NCBI GenBank assembly: GCA_964012805.1
Contig: CAXGUD010000017.1
Location: 1-64,000 of the forward strand
Length of the DNA stretch: 64,000 nucleotides
Direction of reading: 5' to 3'
Source of the DNA: an uncultured Bacteriovoracaceae bacterium
Lineage (GTDB): Bacteria; Bdellovibrionota; Bacteriovoracia; Bacteriovoracales; Bacteriovoracaceae
Shown here: in pieces, positions 43,089 through 53,387 of the stretch
How the letters are laid out: the number at the start of each line of letters is the position of its first letter
Position numbering within the stretch: position 1 is the stretch's first letter
Notes under the pieces: generated by a model
Databases searched by the model: none
Told to the model about the DNA's origin: nothing
Seen by the model: the letters and a program-made list of their open reading frames with translations, nothing else
Program-made: the position numbers and the translations under genes

Positions 43089-43200
43089 GCTTCCTCAATC
43101 TTTAAGAAAATTAGGCAAATCCTTCCCCAAAAAAATAAATGGGGTTACATCAACTAAAATTTAAGAGAGTTCTCTAGTAACTATCATAAAAAAAGGTTGG

Positions 43201-43863
43201 ATGATGGGCGAATTGTCTCCTGATGAATTAATAAATAGGCTTGCGATCTTTTGGAAGGATGGTGGAGCTTTCATGTGGGCAATTCTCGCTGTTTGGACGT
43301 TTGGTTTGGCAATTTCACTAGAAAGATTTTTAAAACTGTCTTTAAAGTTTGATGTGGACGGTGCTTCTTTTATGAACGAAATTCAAAGATACGTTCTATC
43401 TAACGATATTCAAGGTGCTATTAGAATTTGTTCCGGAACGGGTGCCATGCTTCCCAGAGTATTAAAGAGTGGTTTAAAAAGGGCGTCCCAATCAATAAGT
43501 CAAATCCAAAATGCAGTAGATGCTACAGCCCTGGAGGTTATCCCTAGAATTGAGCTTAGATTGAATTATCTCAACTTAGTTGCCAACATCTCAACATTAA
43601 TTGGGTTACTTGGCACTATTCAAGGCCTTATTAACTCATTCGCTGCAGTCGCTTCTGCAGATCCAACACAAAAATCACAGTTGTTAACTCAAGGGATTTC
43701 AACCGCTATGAACACAACCTACTTTGGGCTTGTATCAGCAATAAGTATGATGATAATTCATACTTATCTCACTTCTAAATCAGATAAAATAATCAATGAA
43801 ATAGATGAATATTCTGTAAAGCTATTGGACTTTTTGGGAACAAAAAAACAGAAAATATCTTAA
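43201..43863 (+). CDS. MotA/TolQ/ExbB proton-channel protein (AglR-like)
   Basis: Three TM segments; TLIGLLGTIQGLINSF and AMNTTYFGL motifs. Confidence 0.92.
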   Translation: MMGELSPDELINRLAIFWKDGGAFMWAILAVWTFGLAISLERFLKLSLKFDVDGASFMNEIQRYVLSNDIQGAIRICSGTGAMLPRVLKSGLKRASQSISQIQNAVDATALEVIPRIELRLNYLNLVANISTLIGLLGTIQGLINSFAAVASADPTQKSQLLTQGISTAMNTTYFGLVSAISMMIIHTYLTSKSDKIINEIDEYSVKLLDFLGTKKQKIS

Positions 43864-43869
43864 ATTATT

Positions 43870-44394
43870 ATGTATAAAAAACCAAGCAAGCGTAAAAAGA
43901 AAGTCCTTCCAGGCAAACCGAATCTAACCCCACTACTGGATGCAATTTTTATTTTTATTTTTTTCCTACTTTTCTCTTCAGATTTAAAGCAAATATTTGA
44001 AATCCCTATAGATGTGCCAATAATTTCTGAAAGTGATAGTACAAAATCAGATGAAGAACCACTAGGTTTAACACTTCAGTTGAAAGAATCTTCACTGACT
44101 TTATTATCAGGTGCTCCACTAAAAACAATTAAGGATATAAAGAATAAAGAAGACAACACCTATGACTTAGAGGAATTGCATAGGACATTAATAGCAATCA
44201 AAAAAAAGCATAAAAAAGAAAAAACTATCATAATAGATCCAATTTTCAACTTGGAATATGAAAAGCTTATAAAAGTTCTAGACAATATAAGATATTTTAG
44301 AAACACAGATGAGTCGGTTTATATAAACGATAAAGAAAACGGTGAAATTAAAATAAAAGAGCTATTTAACAAAATAATTTTTGAAAAGGTTTAG
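43870..44394 (+). CDS. ExbD/TolR family protein (AglQ/AglS-like)
   Basis: NLTPLLDAIFIFIFFLL TM with conserved Asp; YEKLIKVLD. Confidence 0.88.
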   Translation: MYKKPSKRKKKVLPGKPNLTPLLDAIFIFIFFLLFSSDLKQIFEIPIDVPIISESDSTKSDEEPLGLTLQLKESSLTLLSGAPLKTIKDIKNKEDNTYDLEELHRTLIAIKKKHKKEKTIIIDPIFNLEYEKLIKVLDNIRYFRNTDESVYINDKENGEIKIKELFNKIIFEKV

Positions 44395-44404
44395 ATAAAA
44401 TTTT

Positions 44405-44917
44405 ATGTCATCAAACAAATCATTAAGAAGAAAATTTTCAAGAAAAACAAGATCATCCTTTGATGTAGACATAACATCACTTTTGGATATCCTAATAATT
44501 TTATTGTTTTTTCTATTAAAAAACTATAATACTACAGGTGTTCTACAATCTATTCCAAAAGAAATAGCTCTACCTTTTTCTGAGTCCAGCACGCCAAGCT
44601 TTAACGGCATCCTAGTACAAGCTTCAAAAAACTCTATTTGGGTGGATGAGAAAAAGGTTTATGAAAATAAAGATAAAACTAAAGAAAATAATTTTCCACT
44701 TGTTGCTGGAGAAATTATACCTCTTTATGATGAGCTAGTTAAAAAAAGAGAAAAGATTCAACAACTAGAAGAAGTAACGAAAGAAGCACAAAAATTTACA
44801 GGGCTCGTATCTTTGGTAGTGGAAAAATCATTAAGGTATAGTGAAGTAAAAAAGTTAATGGCCACTTGTGCAAATGCAGGTTTCATGAAATTTAAACTAT
44901 CAGTTAACTCTTTCTAA
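44405..44917 (+). CDS. ExbD/TolR family protein (AglS/AglQ-like)
   Basis: DITSLLDILIILLFFLL TM with conserved Asp; YSEVKKLMATCANAGF. Confidence 0.88.
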   Translation: MSSNKSLRRKFSRKTRSSFDVDITSLLDILIILLFFLLKNYNTTGVLQSIPKEIALPFSESSTPSFNGILVQASKNSIWVDEKKVYENKDKTKENNFPLVAGEIIPLYDELVKKREKIQQLEEVTKEAQKFTGLVSLVVEKSLRYSEVKKLMATCANAGFMKFKLSVNSF

Positions 44918-44974
44918 TAATCTTTTATATAAATTTTTTATTACTATTGTGAGAGGTATAAAATAATCAATATT

Positions 44975-46969
44975 TTATTTACCTAAAACTCTACCCTGAA
45001 AATTTAAAGGCTGATTAATCTCGACAACACCGCCTCCTTCAGGGGGTGGAAATTGAATTCCTCTTAAGACATTTAAAGCGCATCGTTTTATTTTTTTAGG
45101 AATAAAACTTCCCTGATTCAATATACCTGCTTTTTTAACAAAACCTGAAGCACCTATACGGAAGTTAAATAATATTATTCCATTGAATTTTTTAGCATTT
45201 TTTTCAAGGATTTGCTGATAACAATGCTTGAACTGAGGGATATGAGCAGCAAGAATTTTCCTGGCCAAACCAGGATCATAATTACCGAGGATAACAGTTT
45301 TAGAAGGGAAATTTGCAAGGCTTATACCCTTTTTAGAAACCAAACCATCTACACCTGTTGAGGTGTCTAAGGTACCGGACTCGCTACCACTCAAGTCACC
45401 TATATCATCCTTGACTTTCATATTTTTTATCCCACCAGTATCCCCGCTAGTTTTAATACCAGAAAAACCTATACCGTCCTTGTAACTTTTCTTGATTTTA
45501 GAAACTTTGGTACTACCACCTTTTACAAGTAGTTTATTTACAGTAGAGTCGAAATTAAATTTTGAGCTGTCAAAAACTTTAAGACGTCCTTTTGATTTTT
45601 TGGGTTTAGAAACGATATTTTTGGCCTTTTTAAATTGAGTTTTTTTCTTATCAACTTTATTACTAACCTTAATTTTATTTTTAACTTTTTTAGACTTAGA
45701 AGCATTCGCTTTAATTATTTTTTTTGGCTTTGGAATTGGAATAATTTTTTTCTTTTTGGAAACTTTTTCTGTTTTAATCTCAACCTTTTTTACATCTTTT
45801 ACAATATTTTCTAATTGCTTAGCTTTCATTGGCTTAACTGGCTTAGGTTTTTTTTCAACAATAGGTTCTTTTTTAGGTTTAGGTTTTCTAAGAATAGTGG
45901 CCACAATTTTTGGAATTTTTTCTTCTTTTACTTCTTTATTAATTTCCACATTAACAATGAGAATAGAAAATAAAAGCATGAAAATAGTCAGTAGAATGAG
46001 CGTTTTCTTTAGCCCCTTATCTTTTGAGAAAAATGGAGCTGACAAAACCTTAGGAGGAGATTTAGAATATCTTAAAAATATTTGTATATTATCTTTATAC
46101 ATCCTTGCAATATCATTTTCATTTAATTTTATTTTATCAGTACTTACGAGACCTGTATTTTCATCACCTAAATGAAAAAACTTAAAACCTGGCAATTTAT
46201 TAATAAATATATCATTCGATTTTCTTTCAATTAAGCGGTGTTTTTTATTTTTTGGAAGAATCGGAAATTCTTTTTCATTATTTTTATTTTTAGAATATCC
46301 AACTAAAGTAAATCTTTTTTTGGATATATTAAAATAGTTAACAGAATAAATATCTTCATTATTTAAAACTGTAACCTCAATGCTTTTTTTATTTTTGGAA
46401 TAATCAAAAATATTTAATAAATCATCAGTATTTTCAAAAATATACTCGGTGAAGGATGCCTTTGAATCTTTATCTAAAGGGAACTTTATAATATCAACAT
46501 CTTTTTTCTTTTTAAAAATTTTGATTTTTTTCTTTTTTCCTTGTGCTTTAGCCGTTTCTTTTTCTTTAGCCTCGTCCTTTCTCTTTACATAAGGAAGGTC
46601 CTCTGGAACATCAACAAGTGGATCAATCATCTCTAAAGGAGGTGGCAAATCTTCTCTTTCAAATTTCTTAACCTCAAACTTATAATTCGAAAAGGCTATA
46701 AAATCACCTAATTGAAAAGCATCATGGATTATTTTTTTATCATTTATATACGTCCCACTCCTGGAATTCATATCATATATCTTAAATTCGTTACCATGAA
46801 TTTCTATTACCGAGTGTATAGGTGAAATATCATCATGAGGAAGAACTATATCACACGTATCGGAATGACCTATAACAATCCTGTCTTTTTTAAGGACAAA
46901 ACAGTAATTAAGACTTTCCGAATTAACTAATTTTAATTCATAATAAACTTGATTCATTTCCAAAGCCAT
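44975..46969 (-). CDS. FHA-domain inner-membrane protein with Pro/Lys-rich linker and AgmX/PglI (TonB-C-like) C-terminal domain (GltG-like)
   Basis: FHA-like (IGHSDTCDIVL..ISPIHS..DMNSRSGTYIN), single TM, KPKP linker, FKHCYQQ..RCALNVLRGIQFPPPEGG..INQPLNF. Confidence 0.85.
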   Translation of the reverse strand: MALEMNQVYYELKLVNSESLNYCFVLKKDRIVIGHSDTCDIVLPHDDISPIHSVIEIHGNEFKIYDMNSRSGTYINDKKIIHDAFQLGDFIAFSNYKFEVKKFEREDLPPPLEMIDPLVDVPEDLPYVKRKDEAKEKETAKAQGKKKKIKIFKKKKDVDIIKFPLDKDSKASFTEYIFENTDDLLNIFDYSKNKKSIEVTVLNNEDIYSVNYFNISKKRFTLVGYSKNKNNEKEFPILPKNKKHRLIERKSNDIFINKLPGFKFFHLGDENTGLVSTDKIKLNENDIARMYKDNIQIFLRYSKSPPKVLSAPFFSKDKGLKKTLILLTIFMLLFSILIVNVEINKEVKEEKIPKIVATILRKPKPKKEPIVEKKPKPVKPMKAKQLENIVKDVKKVEIKTEKVSKKKKIIPIPKPKKIIKANASKSKKVKNKIKVSNKVDKKKTQFKKAKNIVSKPKKSKGRLKVFDSSKFNFDSTVNKLLVKGGSTKVSKIKKSYKDGIGFSGIKTSGDTGGIKNMKVKDDIGDLSGSESGTLDTSTGVDGLVSKKGISLANFPSKTVILGNYDPGLARKILAAHIPQFKHCYQQILEKNAKKFNGIILFNFRIGASGFVKKAGILNQGSFIPKKIKRCALNVLRGIQFPPPEGGGVVEINQPLNFQGRVLGK

Positions 46970-46985
46970 TAAATCTATTACGCCT

Positions 46986-47258
46986 TCATCTTAATCTCTC
47001 AATTGATCTTTTGATTTCAAGATTAAAGTTTTTTCTATATGGAAGAATATTTTTAAATTTTTTTTCGTAACGAGGTAAAATAGAAAGTTCACTAGGTGAA
47101 TTTACTTCACCTTCAATAACTAAGTCTTCAAAATCAAATTTTTCGTATTTTTTATACTTGAATTCTACTTTACTTTCTTGAGCAATTGATTCTCTTAAAA
47201 AAGAAAAAAATAATAGAAAAACTATAAAAATAGGATTATTTCTTCTTATTTTTTTCAC
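46986..47258 (-). CDS. Small secreted protein, GltF/CglF-like
   Basis: Signal peptide then YKKYEKFDFEDLVIEGEVNSP...KFKNILPYRKNF; position between gltE- and gltG-like genes. Confidence 0.75.
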   Translation of the reverse strand: MKKIRRNNPIFIVFLLFFSFLRESIAQESKVEFKYKKYEKFDFEDLVIEGEVNSPSELSILPRYEKKFKNILPYRKNFNLEIKRSIERLR

Positions 47259-48223
47259 TTTAACCTCACAAAGTCGAACATCCTTCTTGCGTACTTAGTT
47301 TGAAAATTAGCTTTAGAGCCTGATATTAACCTGCTAATTTCAGCAGTTTTACCCATTAATTTTAAAGAAAGTAGATAATGAACGAATGGTATTTCGTCTT
47401 TATAAAAATCTATCTTTAAATTTTTATAAACATTATAAGCTTCTTTTGGTTTATCATTAAAAAGAAGACAAGTACCATAGCCATGTCCTATATCTTTGTT
47501 TAAGGGATCCTCAGAATACAAATTCATGAAAACAGGACATGCTTTATGAATAAGATTGAATCTCAATAAAACTTGGGCTTTATTTAGTATTGGAGTAATA
47601 GAGAAAGAGTTTACTTTTGAACTTTTGTTAAAAAAATTAAAAGCTCTCTTATAAAGCTTTCTTTGATTACTAAGAACACCCAAATTATTTATAGAAGGAG
47701 CAAACTTTTTGTCTAAGCTTAGAGCCTTATTTAAATAAAGATCAGACTTTCTTTTTTCACCTGAAAGGAAGTAGCAAATTGCAAGTGAGTTCCAATACCT
47801 TGCTTCTTTTTTATATTTGAAAAATATTTTATCTAATATATCAAAACCATTTTTATATTTTTTTTGATAACATAAAACCAAGGACAAACCGATTGGATCC
47901 CTCATTTCTTTTTTTATTCGCGACAACTCTACTCTTGAAAAGAGATTAAGAGTTTCACCAGACAATAAATCTTTCTTTGAAAGTGAGTTGCTATAAAAAT
48001 CTAATTCCTTATTAATCTTTTTAACATTTATTTTTTTGAAATTTACCGAGCCTATCTTATAAGGATTAAACACACGACTTCTTTCAACCTTATTTGAAAT
48101 AAATATGTCTTCTTTTTGTAAATTTTTAGTTTTATTTTCAATATTTGTTTTTTTCTTATTTTTCTTAGAGGCACAAGAAAAAACAATAAAGGAAAGAAAA
48201 AACAAAATAATTAAATTTCTCAA
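47255..48223 (-). CDS. TPR lipoprotein (GltE/AglT-like)
   Basis: Lipobox VFSC; TPR helices YWNSLAICY, SINNLGVL. Confidence 0.78.
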   Translation of the reverse strand: MRNLIILFFLSFIVFSCASKKNKKKTNIENKTKNLQKEDIFISNKVERSRVFNPYKIGSVNFKKINVKKINKELDFYSNSLSKKDLLSGETLNLFSRVELSRIKKEMRDPIGLSLVLCYQKKYKNGFDILDKIFFKYKKEARYWNSLAICYFLSGEKRKSDLYLNKALSLDKKFAPSINNLGVLSNQRKLYKRAFNFFNKSSKVNSFSITPILNKAQVLLRFNLIHKACPVFMNLYSEDPLNKDIGHGYGTCLLFNDKPKEAYNVYKNLKIDFYKDEIPFVHYLLSLKLMGKTAEISRLISGSKANFQTKYARRMFDFVRLK

Positions 48224-51099
48224 TTTCTACCCCTCCTGTCCATCAATATCCCATTTTTTAAAGGATAATATTTTAAATTAAGAAGGTTCATTTTTGGAGA
48301 AACAAGAACTTTATAGTTATCCTCTGTAAGAATATTATTACTCAAAATCTTAGACTTAGCTTCTTCCTCAAAATCTGACGCTTTTCTAATTAAAGGGATC
48401 CTCAACTTATTCATGCTGTTTTTAAATGAGTCAATGTACTCCAAAGACTTTCCTGTTGGTTCGAATGCTTCAATTTCTCTAATAAATCTTTTATAAATTT
48501 TTATTAAAATATGATACCCAGAAACAATTCCAACGCTCGACCCTATGTTCATTAAATTTATACTAGATGATGTTATAGTATCTAACATTTTCAACTTAGA
48601 CTTAAGTGCTCTATTAAAAACTTCTTCAGGGAAAACCAATTTAATTCGATCAAACTTTTTAACCTGTTCATCTATTTCTTTTTTTAAAATTTTACTCACT
48701 GAATTTAAACTTTCTAAGGGAATAGGCTTTCCTTTTTGTGATAGTCTTTTAAAGACCTTTATCACTTTTGACTTCATACTGTTTGCTTTTTCAAAACGTC
48801 CAGCTTTTTTAAAACTTACACTAAGCTTTTCAAAATAAAACAGTAATGACGGCAATATATTTTGGTTATCGGAAAATTTATTTAAATACTTTTCTAAATA
48901 ATTAAGTAAGTTATTTTCATAAAAATACTTTATTAATTCTAGCTTAATAAAATTGGCGCTCTTTCCATCAGCTTTACACCGTTTGGCCCAGGACAAAATT
49001 TCTATGACCTTCCTATGGTTACCTTCACTTAAATAAATCAAGGAAGCGTTTTTAAGTAATGAGTCTTTATTGTTTGACTTAGTAAAACATGCCTTTTTAA
49101 AAATACTAAAATATAAGTCTGAAGATTCTTTGAAAAATCTCCTTTCAAATAAACTGTCAGCAATTTGTATTGCGACTTTTTCAAATTTAAAAATTTCTTT
49201 TCTTTTTACAAACTTAAAAGACTGCTTCATCCAATAATAGGCTCTTCTTAAATCTTTACCTTCATAAAAAAGAATTGAAGCATTGATAGCGCTATTTTTT
49301 CTACTTTCAACGTCTTTGGGAGATTTTTTATAGATACTTAAATAGCCCTTTAAAGCCTCTATTTTATTTCCTTTTACTGCGTCTTTTTCAACACGTGAAA
49401 ATTTTAGATTAAGAAACAAAAGTCGAACTTTTTTAAGCAGTCTTTCACTCACACGAAATTCTTTATTTCGAATTTTACTTGCCCAAAAGAAGAGAGCCTT
49501 GTCATTTTTATTTTTTTTATAAAATGTCATCATCTGGGTTAACATTAACTCTTGTTCTTTAAGAGAGTCTGGAAAGTTCGATCGATAACTTAAAAAGATA
49601 TCTTCACATTGATTAAGTTTTTTATTTCTCAAATAAATTGAAAAAAGACGTTGATGAGATATATTACTTCTCTTAGATTTTGGTTCCACTAAAATAATAC
49701 TTTTAAAGCCGAGTTTATTAAGTTCTTCCTTTTCTTTCTTATTAACTTTAATTTTCTTTAATGAGGCTAAATAACCTTCTAATGATTTTTTAAACACTGA
49801 ATTATTTTTAGGTTTTTCTGTCGTCAAAATGATTGTCTTATAATTAGAAAGCGATTTTTTGTAAAATTTAAAGGAGTACAGCATTTCTCCAGCTAACATA
49901 ATGTATTTATTTTTATTTTTAGAATCAACTCTAGAAAGCATTTTTAAATATTTAACAACTTGAATCATTTTTGATTTAAAGATTCTTTTATTTTTCTTCT
50001 TTTTAATAAAAATTTGTTTTTGTAAAATACTCGTTACTTCTTTTAATTCATTTTTTAAGACCTCTTCCTGAAATGAATCAGTATATCCCTTCTCAAACTT
50101 TTTAAATAAACGTTCTATAACTTTTTGATGTTTTGAGTACTTACCAAATTTTTTATATATAACTAAAATATTGGTCTTTAACTTAACTCCTTTTTTACCA
50201 TCATCTATATTTCTTAAACCATATTCTAATATTTTTTCAGCAGCAGTGTGTTTACCTTTATTAACAAGATATTTAGAAACTCTGACTATTTTATCTTCTA
50301 GGTTCCCACCTGTTCTTTTGTAAAATTTAATCACTTCATTAAATTTACCCGCCATTACATAAAAGTAAGCTATTTCTTTTTCTGCCCTAAAGGAGTTATC
50401 AATGAATTCTGGTTTTTTGCTTAATCTATAAACCTCTTTTATTATTTCTAGACCCTTGGCACTTTTATTTGTCATTAAATAGCACCAAGCCAAGTGATAG
50501 GCATCCTTGGTCCACCATTTATTCTTTTTGCCACTTAGTCCTAATTTATAATATTTTAAAGCTTGACTATATCTTTGTTTATTATAGTAATACTCTCCCA
50601 AGGTAATACTGGATCTTTTGTAAGTCTTAGATCCTTTTTTTGAAAGCTTAAAAACTTTTTTTATATTCGTATAGAATTTATTTGGTTCGCCTAGTTCTAA
50701 ATAGACTTCTGAAATACCGTGATAAAAACTACCTTTCCCTGAATAATCTGGAAATTTCTTAAGACCAAAGTTAGCTACTTTTCTGGCCTTTATAAAAAAC
50801 TTCCTAGATCTTTTATAAAAAACCTTCTTATTAATTGTCCCTCTCTTCTTTGGAGAAATTTTTAGGTACTTATCGTTCTCTTTCTCCCGAACTAGCTTAC
50901 CCTTTTCTATAAAAACATACATTAATCTGACAAAAATAACGGGGTTTTCTCTTCCTACACTTTTGGTGAGCCTAATCATTTCTCCAATTTCTTGATCCAA
51001 AATTTTTAAATATGCATCTCTTCGATCTGAGTTTTCGGATCTAGTAATTAAAGAGAAAAATAAAGAAAAAGTAATAATTAAACATTTAAACTTCATCAA
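48220..51099 (-). CDS. Large secreted TPR protein (GltD/AgmU-like)
   Basis: Signal peptide; LGEYYY, AYHLAWCY TPR motifs; 959 aa all-helical; cluster position. Confidence 0.75.
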   Translation of the reverse strand: MMKFKCLIITFSLFFSLITRSENSDRRDAYLKILDQEIGEMIRLTKSVGRENPVIFVRLMYVFIEKGKLVREKENDKYLKISPKKRGTINKKVFYKRSRKFFIKARKVANFGLKKFPDYSGKGSFYHGISEVYLELGEPNKFYTNIKKVFKLSKKGSKTYKRSSITLGEYYYNKQRYSQALKYYKLGLSGKKNKWWTKDAYHLAWCYLMTNKSAKGLEIIKEVYRLSKKPEFIDNSFRAEKEIAYFYVMAGKFNEVIKFYKRTGGNLEDKIVRVSKYLVNKGKHTAAEKILEYGLRNIDDGKKGVKLKTNILVIYKKFGKYSKHQKVIERLFKKFEKGYTDSFQEEVLKNELKEVTSILQKQIFIKKKKNKRIFKSKMIQVVKYLKMLSRVDSKNKNKYIMLAGEMLYSFKFYKKSLSNYKTIILTTEKPKNNSVFKKSLEGYLASLKKIKVNKKEKEELNKLGFKSIILVEPKSKRSNISHQRLFSIYLRNKKLNQCEDIFLSYRSNFPDSLKEQELMLTQMMTFYKKNKNDKALFFWASKIRNKEFRVSERLLKKVRLLFLNLKFSRVEKDAVKGNKIEALKGYLSIYKKSPKDVESRKNSAINASILFYEGKDLRRAYYWMKQSFKFVKRKEIFKFEKVAIQIADSLFERRFFKESSDLYFSIFKKACFTKSNNKDSLLKNASLIYLSEGNHRKVIEILSWAKRCKADGKSANFIKLELIKYFYENNLLNYLEKYLNKFSDNQNILPSLLFYFEKLSVSFKKAGRFEKANSMKSKVIKVFKRLSQKGKPIPLESLNSVSKILKKEIDEQVKKFDRIKLVFPEEVFNRALKSKLKMLDTITSSSINLMNIGSSVGIVSGYHILIKIYKRFIREIEAFEPTGKSLEYIDSFKNSMNKLRIPLIRKASDFEEEAKSKILSNNILTEDNYKVLVSPKMNLLNLKYYPLKNGILMDRRGRN

Positions 51100-52538
51100 T
51101 TTTTACACTCTGACCTTAAGGCAAAGACATAGTCTCCCAATTCGTCAGCCCAAAATTCACGATTAAAACTCCAAAAATATTGCTTTTCATTTCTTTTTAA
51201 ATATTTAACGTCCCCTCTTTTCTTTTCTAGAAAAGAATGATTATCATCACTTAATATTTGATTTCTTAACCTTGATAAAACTTCAAGCTTTATATAGCTC
51301 ATATCTGCTAAATTCTTTGTGATTAAATTAAAATAAAAGTCTATACTTTTTCTAAAATAAGCACCAATCAAATCTCTCTGAAGTATTAGAGACTCTTTTA
51401 TATTTGAAATCAAAAATTTTTTGAACTGTGAATTCTTAAGAGATTTAACTCTATTTAACTCGGCTCCGCCTTTATAAAACGAATCATACATTTCCAAAAA
51501 TGCTGGATCTCTAATGATAGACAAAAACATTTTGTTTAAAACTTTATCCCCCGACATCGTCCCATTAATCATCTTTTTAGCTAAAAGGTAATATGATTTA
51601 TATTTTTTTCCAAAGCTTAAAAGCATTTTCCTTAATTTTTCTAAAGGTTTTTCATAAATGAGATAAAACTTATCAACGGCTTTCTTGGAATCTTCCCAAA
51701 GACACATTTCAAGGTAAGTCAAAGCTTCTAAAACATTTACTTCTGGATTAAATACATGACTGAAAACTGGAGCCTGATAAGTAACTAGTTTACCTAGTGT
51801 CCTATTGAATTTTTTCTGATAAAAGCTTGACCAAGCCTCTTCAAATAAAATTTCTGGCCAAATATAGGAAGATTTATCTAAATCCAAATAATAAAAAGAT
51901 GATTTTTCGTAATCTTTTTTACCAAAAAATGATCTCGATATCCCTAACAAGCAAGAATCTCTATTAATTAAGAGTTGTCTTTTTTCCTTATTTTCACTTA
52001 CAGAACTTAAACGATTCTCACTCGAATTAACACACTCTTTAAATGCTTTTATTGCTTTTTCATAACTTCCATTCAAAGAAAGAATACTTCCCCTTAACAT
52101 TAAAGAGTAAGGTTTTATGGGGTGTTCCTTTCTAATTACTCCTAGATCTAGAATATTTAAAGCTTTTTTATATAACTTCATTCTAAATAACTTTCTAGCC
52201 AAAATATATCTAATATAAGGAGTCTTGCTTTTCATCAAAACCTTAAAAGGTAAGGATTCAAACTGCCTTACACCGACTTTTCCGATTACCTTGTCTAAAA
52301 GACTATCAAAGGAAGGAGATATCTTCTTTTTGTTATATAGAAGAGCTTCTTTAAGCAATGGGACTGATGAGAAATAATATTTTTCCTTAACCAAGTTTCT
52401 AGCAATCTTGATAAAATATCGAACGCTACCTCTTTCTTTATTATAAAAATACTCTGCATTCTTCACAGAACAATAACTATTTTTAAAATAAAACAGCATA
52501 AGTAGTATTGATATATAAAAATGATTCTTTTTAAACAT
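51096..52538 (-). CDS. TPR protein (GltC-like)
   Basis: WPEILFEEAWSSF..TLGKLVT, PEVNVLEALTYLEMC, and C-terminal WSFNREFWADELGDY..SEC. Confidence 0.8.
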   Translation of the reverse strand: MFKKNHFYISILLMLFYFKNSYCSVKNAEYFYNKERGSVRYFIKIARNLVKEKYYFSSVPLLKEALLYNKKKISPSFDSLLDKVIGKVGVRQFESLPFKVLMKSKTPYIRYILARKLFRMKLYKKALNILDLGVIRKEHPIKPYSLMLRGSILSLNGSYEKAIKAFKECVNSSENRLSSVSENKEKRQLLINRDSCLLGISRSFFGKKDYEKSSFYYLDLDKSSYIWPEILFEEAWSSFYQKKFNRTLGKLVTYQAPVFSHVFNPEVNVLEALTYLEMCLWEDSKKAVDKFYLIYEKPLEKLRKMLLSFGKKYKSYYLLAKKMINGTMSGDKVLNKMFLSIIRDPAFLEMYDSFYKGGAELNRVKSLKNSQFKKFLISNIKESLILQRDLIGAYFRKSIDFYFNLITKNLADMSYIKLEVLSRLRNQILSDDNHSFLEKKRGDVKYLKRNEKQYFWSFNREFWADELGDYVFALRSECKN

Positions 52539-52561
52539 TAAAGGGAGCTCACTTTTAACCT

Positions 52562-53317
52562 TTAAAAAATATAACCAAAATTCAAACCTACATCATAATT
52601 GTTATAACTAATTGTATTCCCACTGGATATCTGAGTAATCGTTTTAAAATGGGTTGCTACCATATCAAGCTTTATATAAAAATCTTGATTTACATAAAAC
52701 TGCAAACCCGTACTCCACAATAAAGCAAAATGATTATCCTCTATATCCTGGCTATCATCTGAAATCGATCTATTAGGTGGGTCAAAATCATCTGTATTTG
52801 CAGAAGTTATTTTTCTATTATTACTTTCAGTAAGCAAACCTCCACCAACTCCAAACACCCAATCTACATATATTATTTTATTAAATGTATTTATCTTACT
52901 ATAGAAGGGGCTCCACAAGACTTGGCCTCCGAAATAACTTTTTACAAAGACACGAAATGGAACGGAGCCAGCTATACCATTAGGATTTTTTATAAGTTCT
53001 GCTATATCATTTTCTTTTCCAAAATTTTTAGAAAAAAGAAATTCTAAACCCCAATCTTCTTTGAAAAAATATCCTACTTTTGTTTGAAGAGTGAAAGCGT
53101 TTACGAATGCTCCTGAAGTAGTGATGCCGCCTCCTCCAGATAAATAAAAACTGCCATCCTTCCTGTATTTTCTATTTTGCAAAACATAGACCTCTTTATC
53201 TTGGTCTAACCAGGAGAATGAATAAAGATCTTCTTCTGAAGAATGAATATTGGTTGAATAAATAAACAAAAGGGAAATTAGACTGAAGCTAAAAATCAGC
53301 TTACTCATAATTTGCAT
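52562..53317 (-). CDS. Outer-membrane beta-barrel protein (GltA/GltB-like)
   Basis: Signal peptide; VYVLQNRKYRK, WSPFYSKINTF; terminal GLNFGYIF. Confidence 0.8.
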   Translation of the reverse strand: MQIMSKLIFSFSLISLLFIYSTNIHSSEEDLYSFSWLDQDKEVYVLQNRKYRKDGSFYLSGGGGITTSGAFVNAFTLQTKVGYFFKEDWGLEFLFSKNFGKENDIAELIKNPNGIAGSVPFRVFVKSYFGGQVLWSPFYSKINTFNKIIYVDWVFGVGGGLLTESNNRKITSANTDDFDPPNRSISDDSQDIEDNHFALLWSTGLQFYVNQDFYIKLDMVATHFKTITQISSGNTISYNNYDVGLNFGYIF

Positions 53318-53359
53318 CCTACATTTCTTTGAGGCTCATCCTGAACCTTATCCCTATTT

Positions 53360-53387
53360 ATTTTATCATATCAATGAATCTGTGCAA
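53360..53387 (-). promoter_or_regulatory. Putative sigma70 promoter of the glt-like operon
   Basis: TTGCAC-16 nt-TAAAAT with TGn extension, overlapping the addA stop codon. Confidence 0.45.

Noticed and set aside
43100..43200. Possible c-di-GMP-I riboswitch upstream of the motor genes (GGCAAA...GGGGTTAC)
   Set aside because: No GAAA-capped P2 stem and no GCAAAGC/P3 elements; match is superficial
43201..44917. MotA/ExbD genes as Zorya (ZorAB) or flagellar stator
   Set aside because: No OmpA-like MotB/ZorB domain and no ZorA tail; the two-ExbD layout next to glt-like genes fits AglRQS
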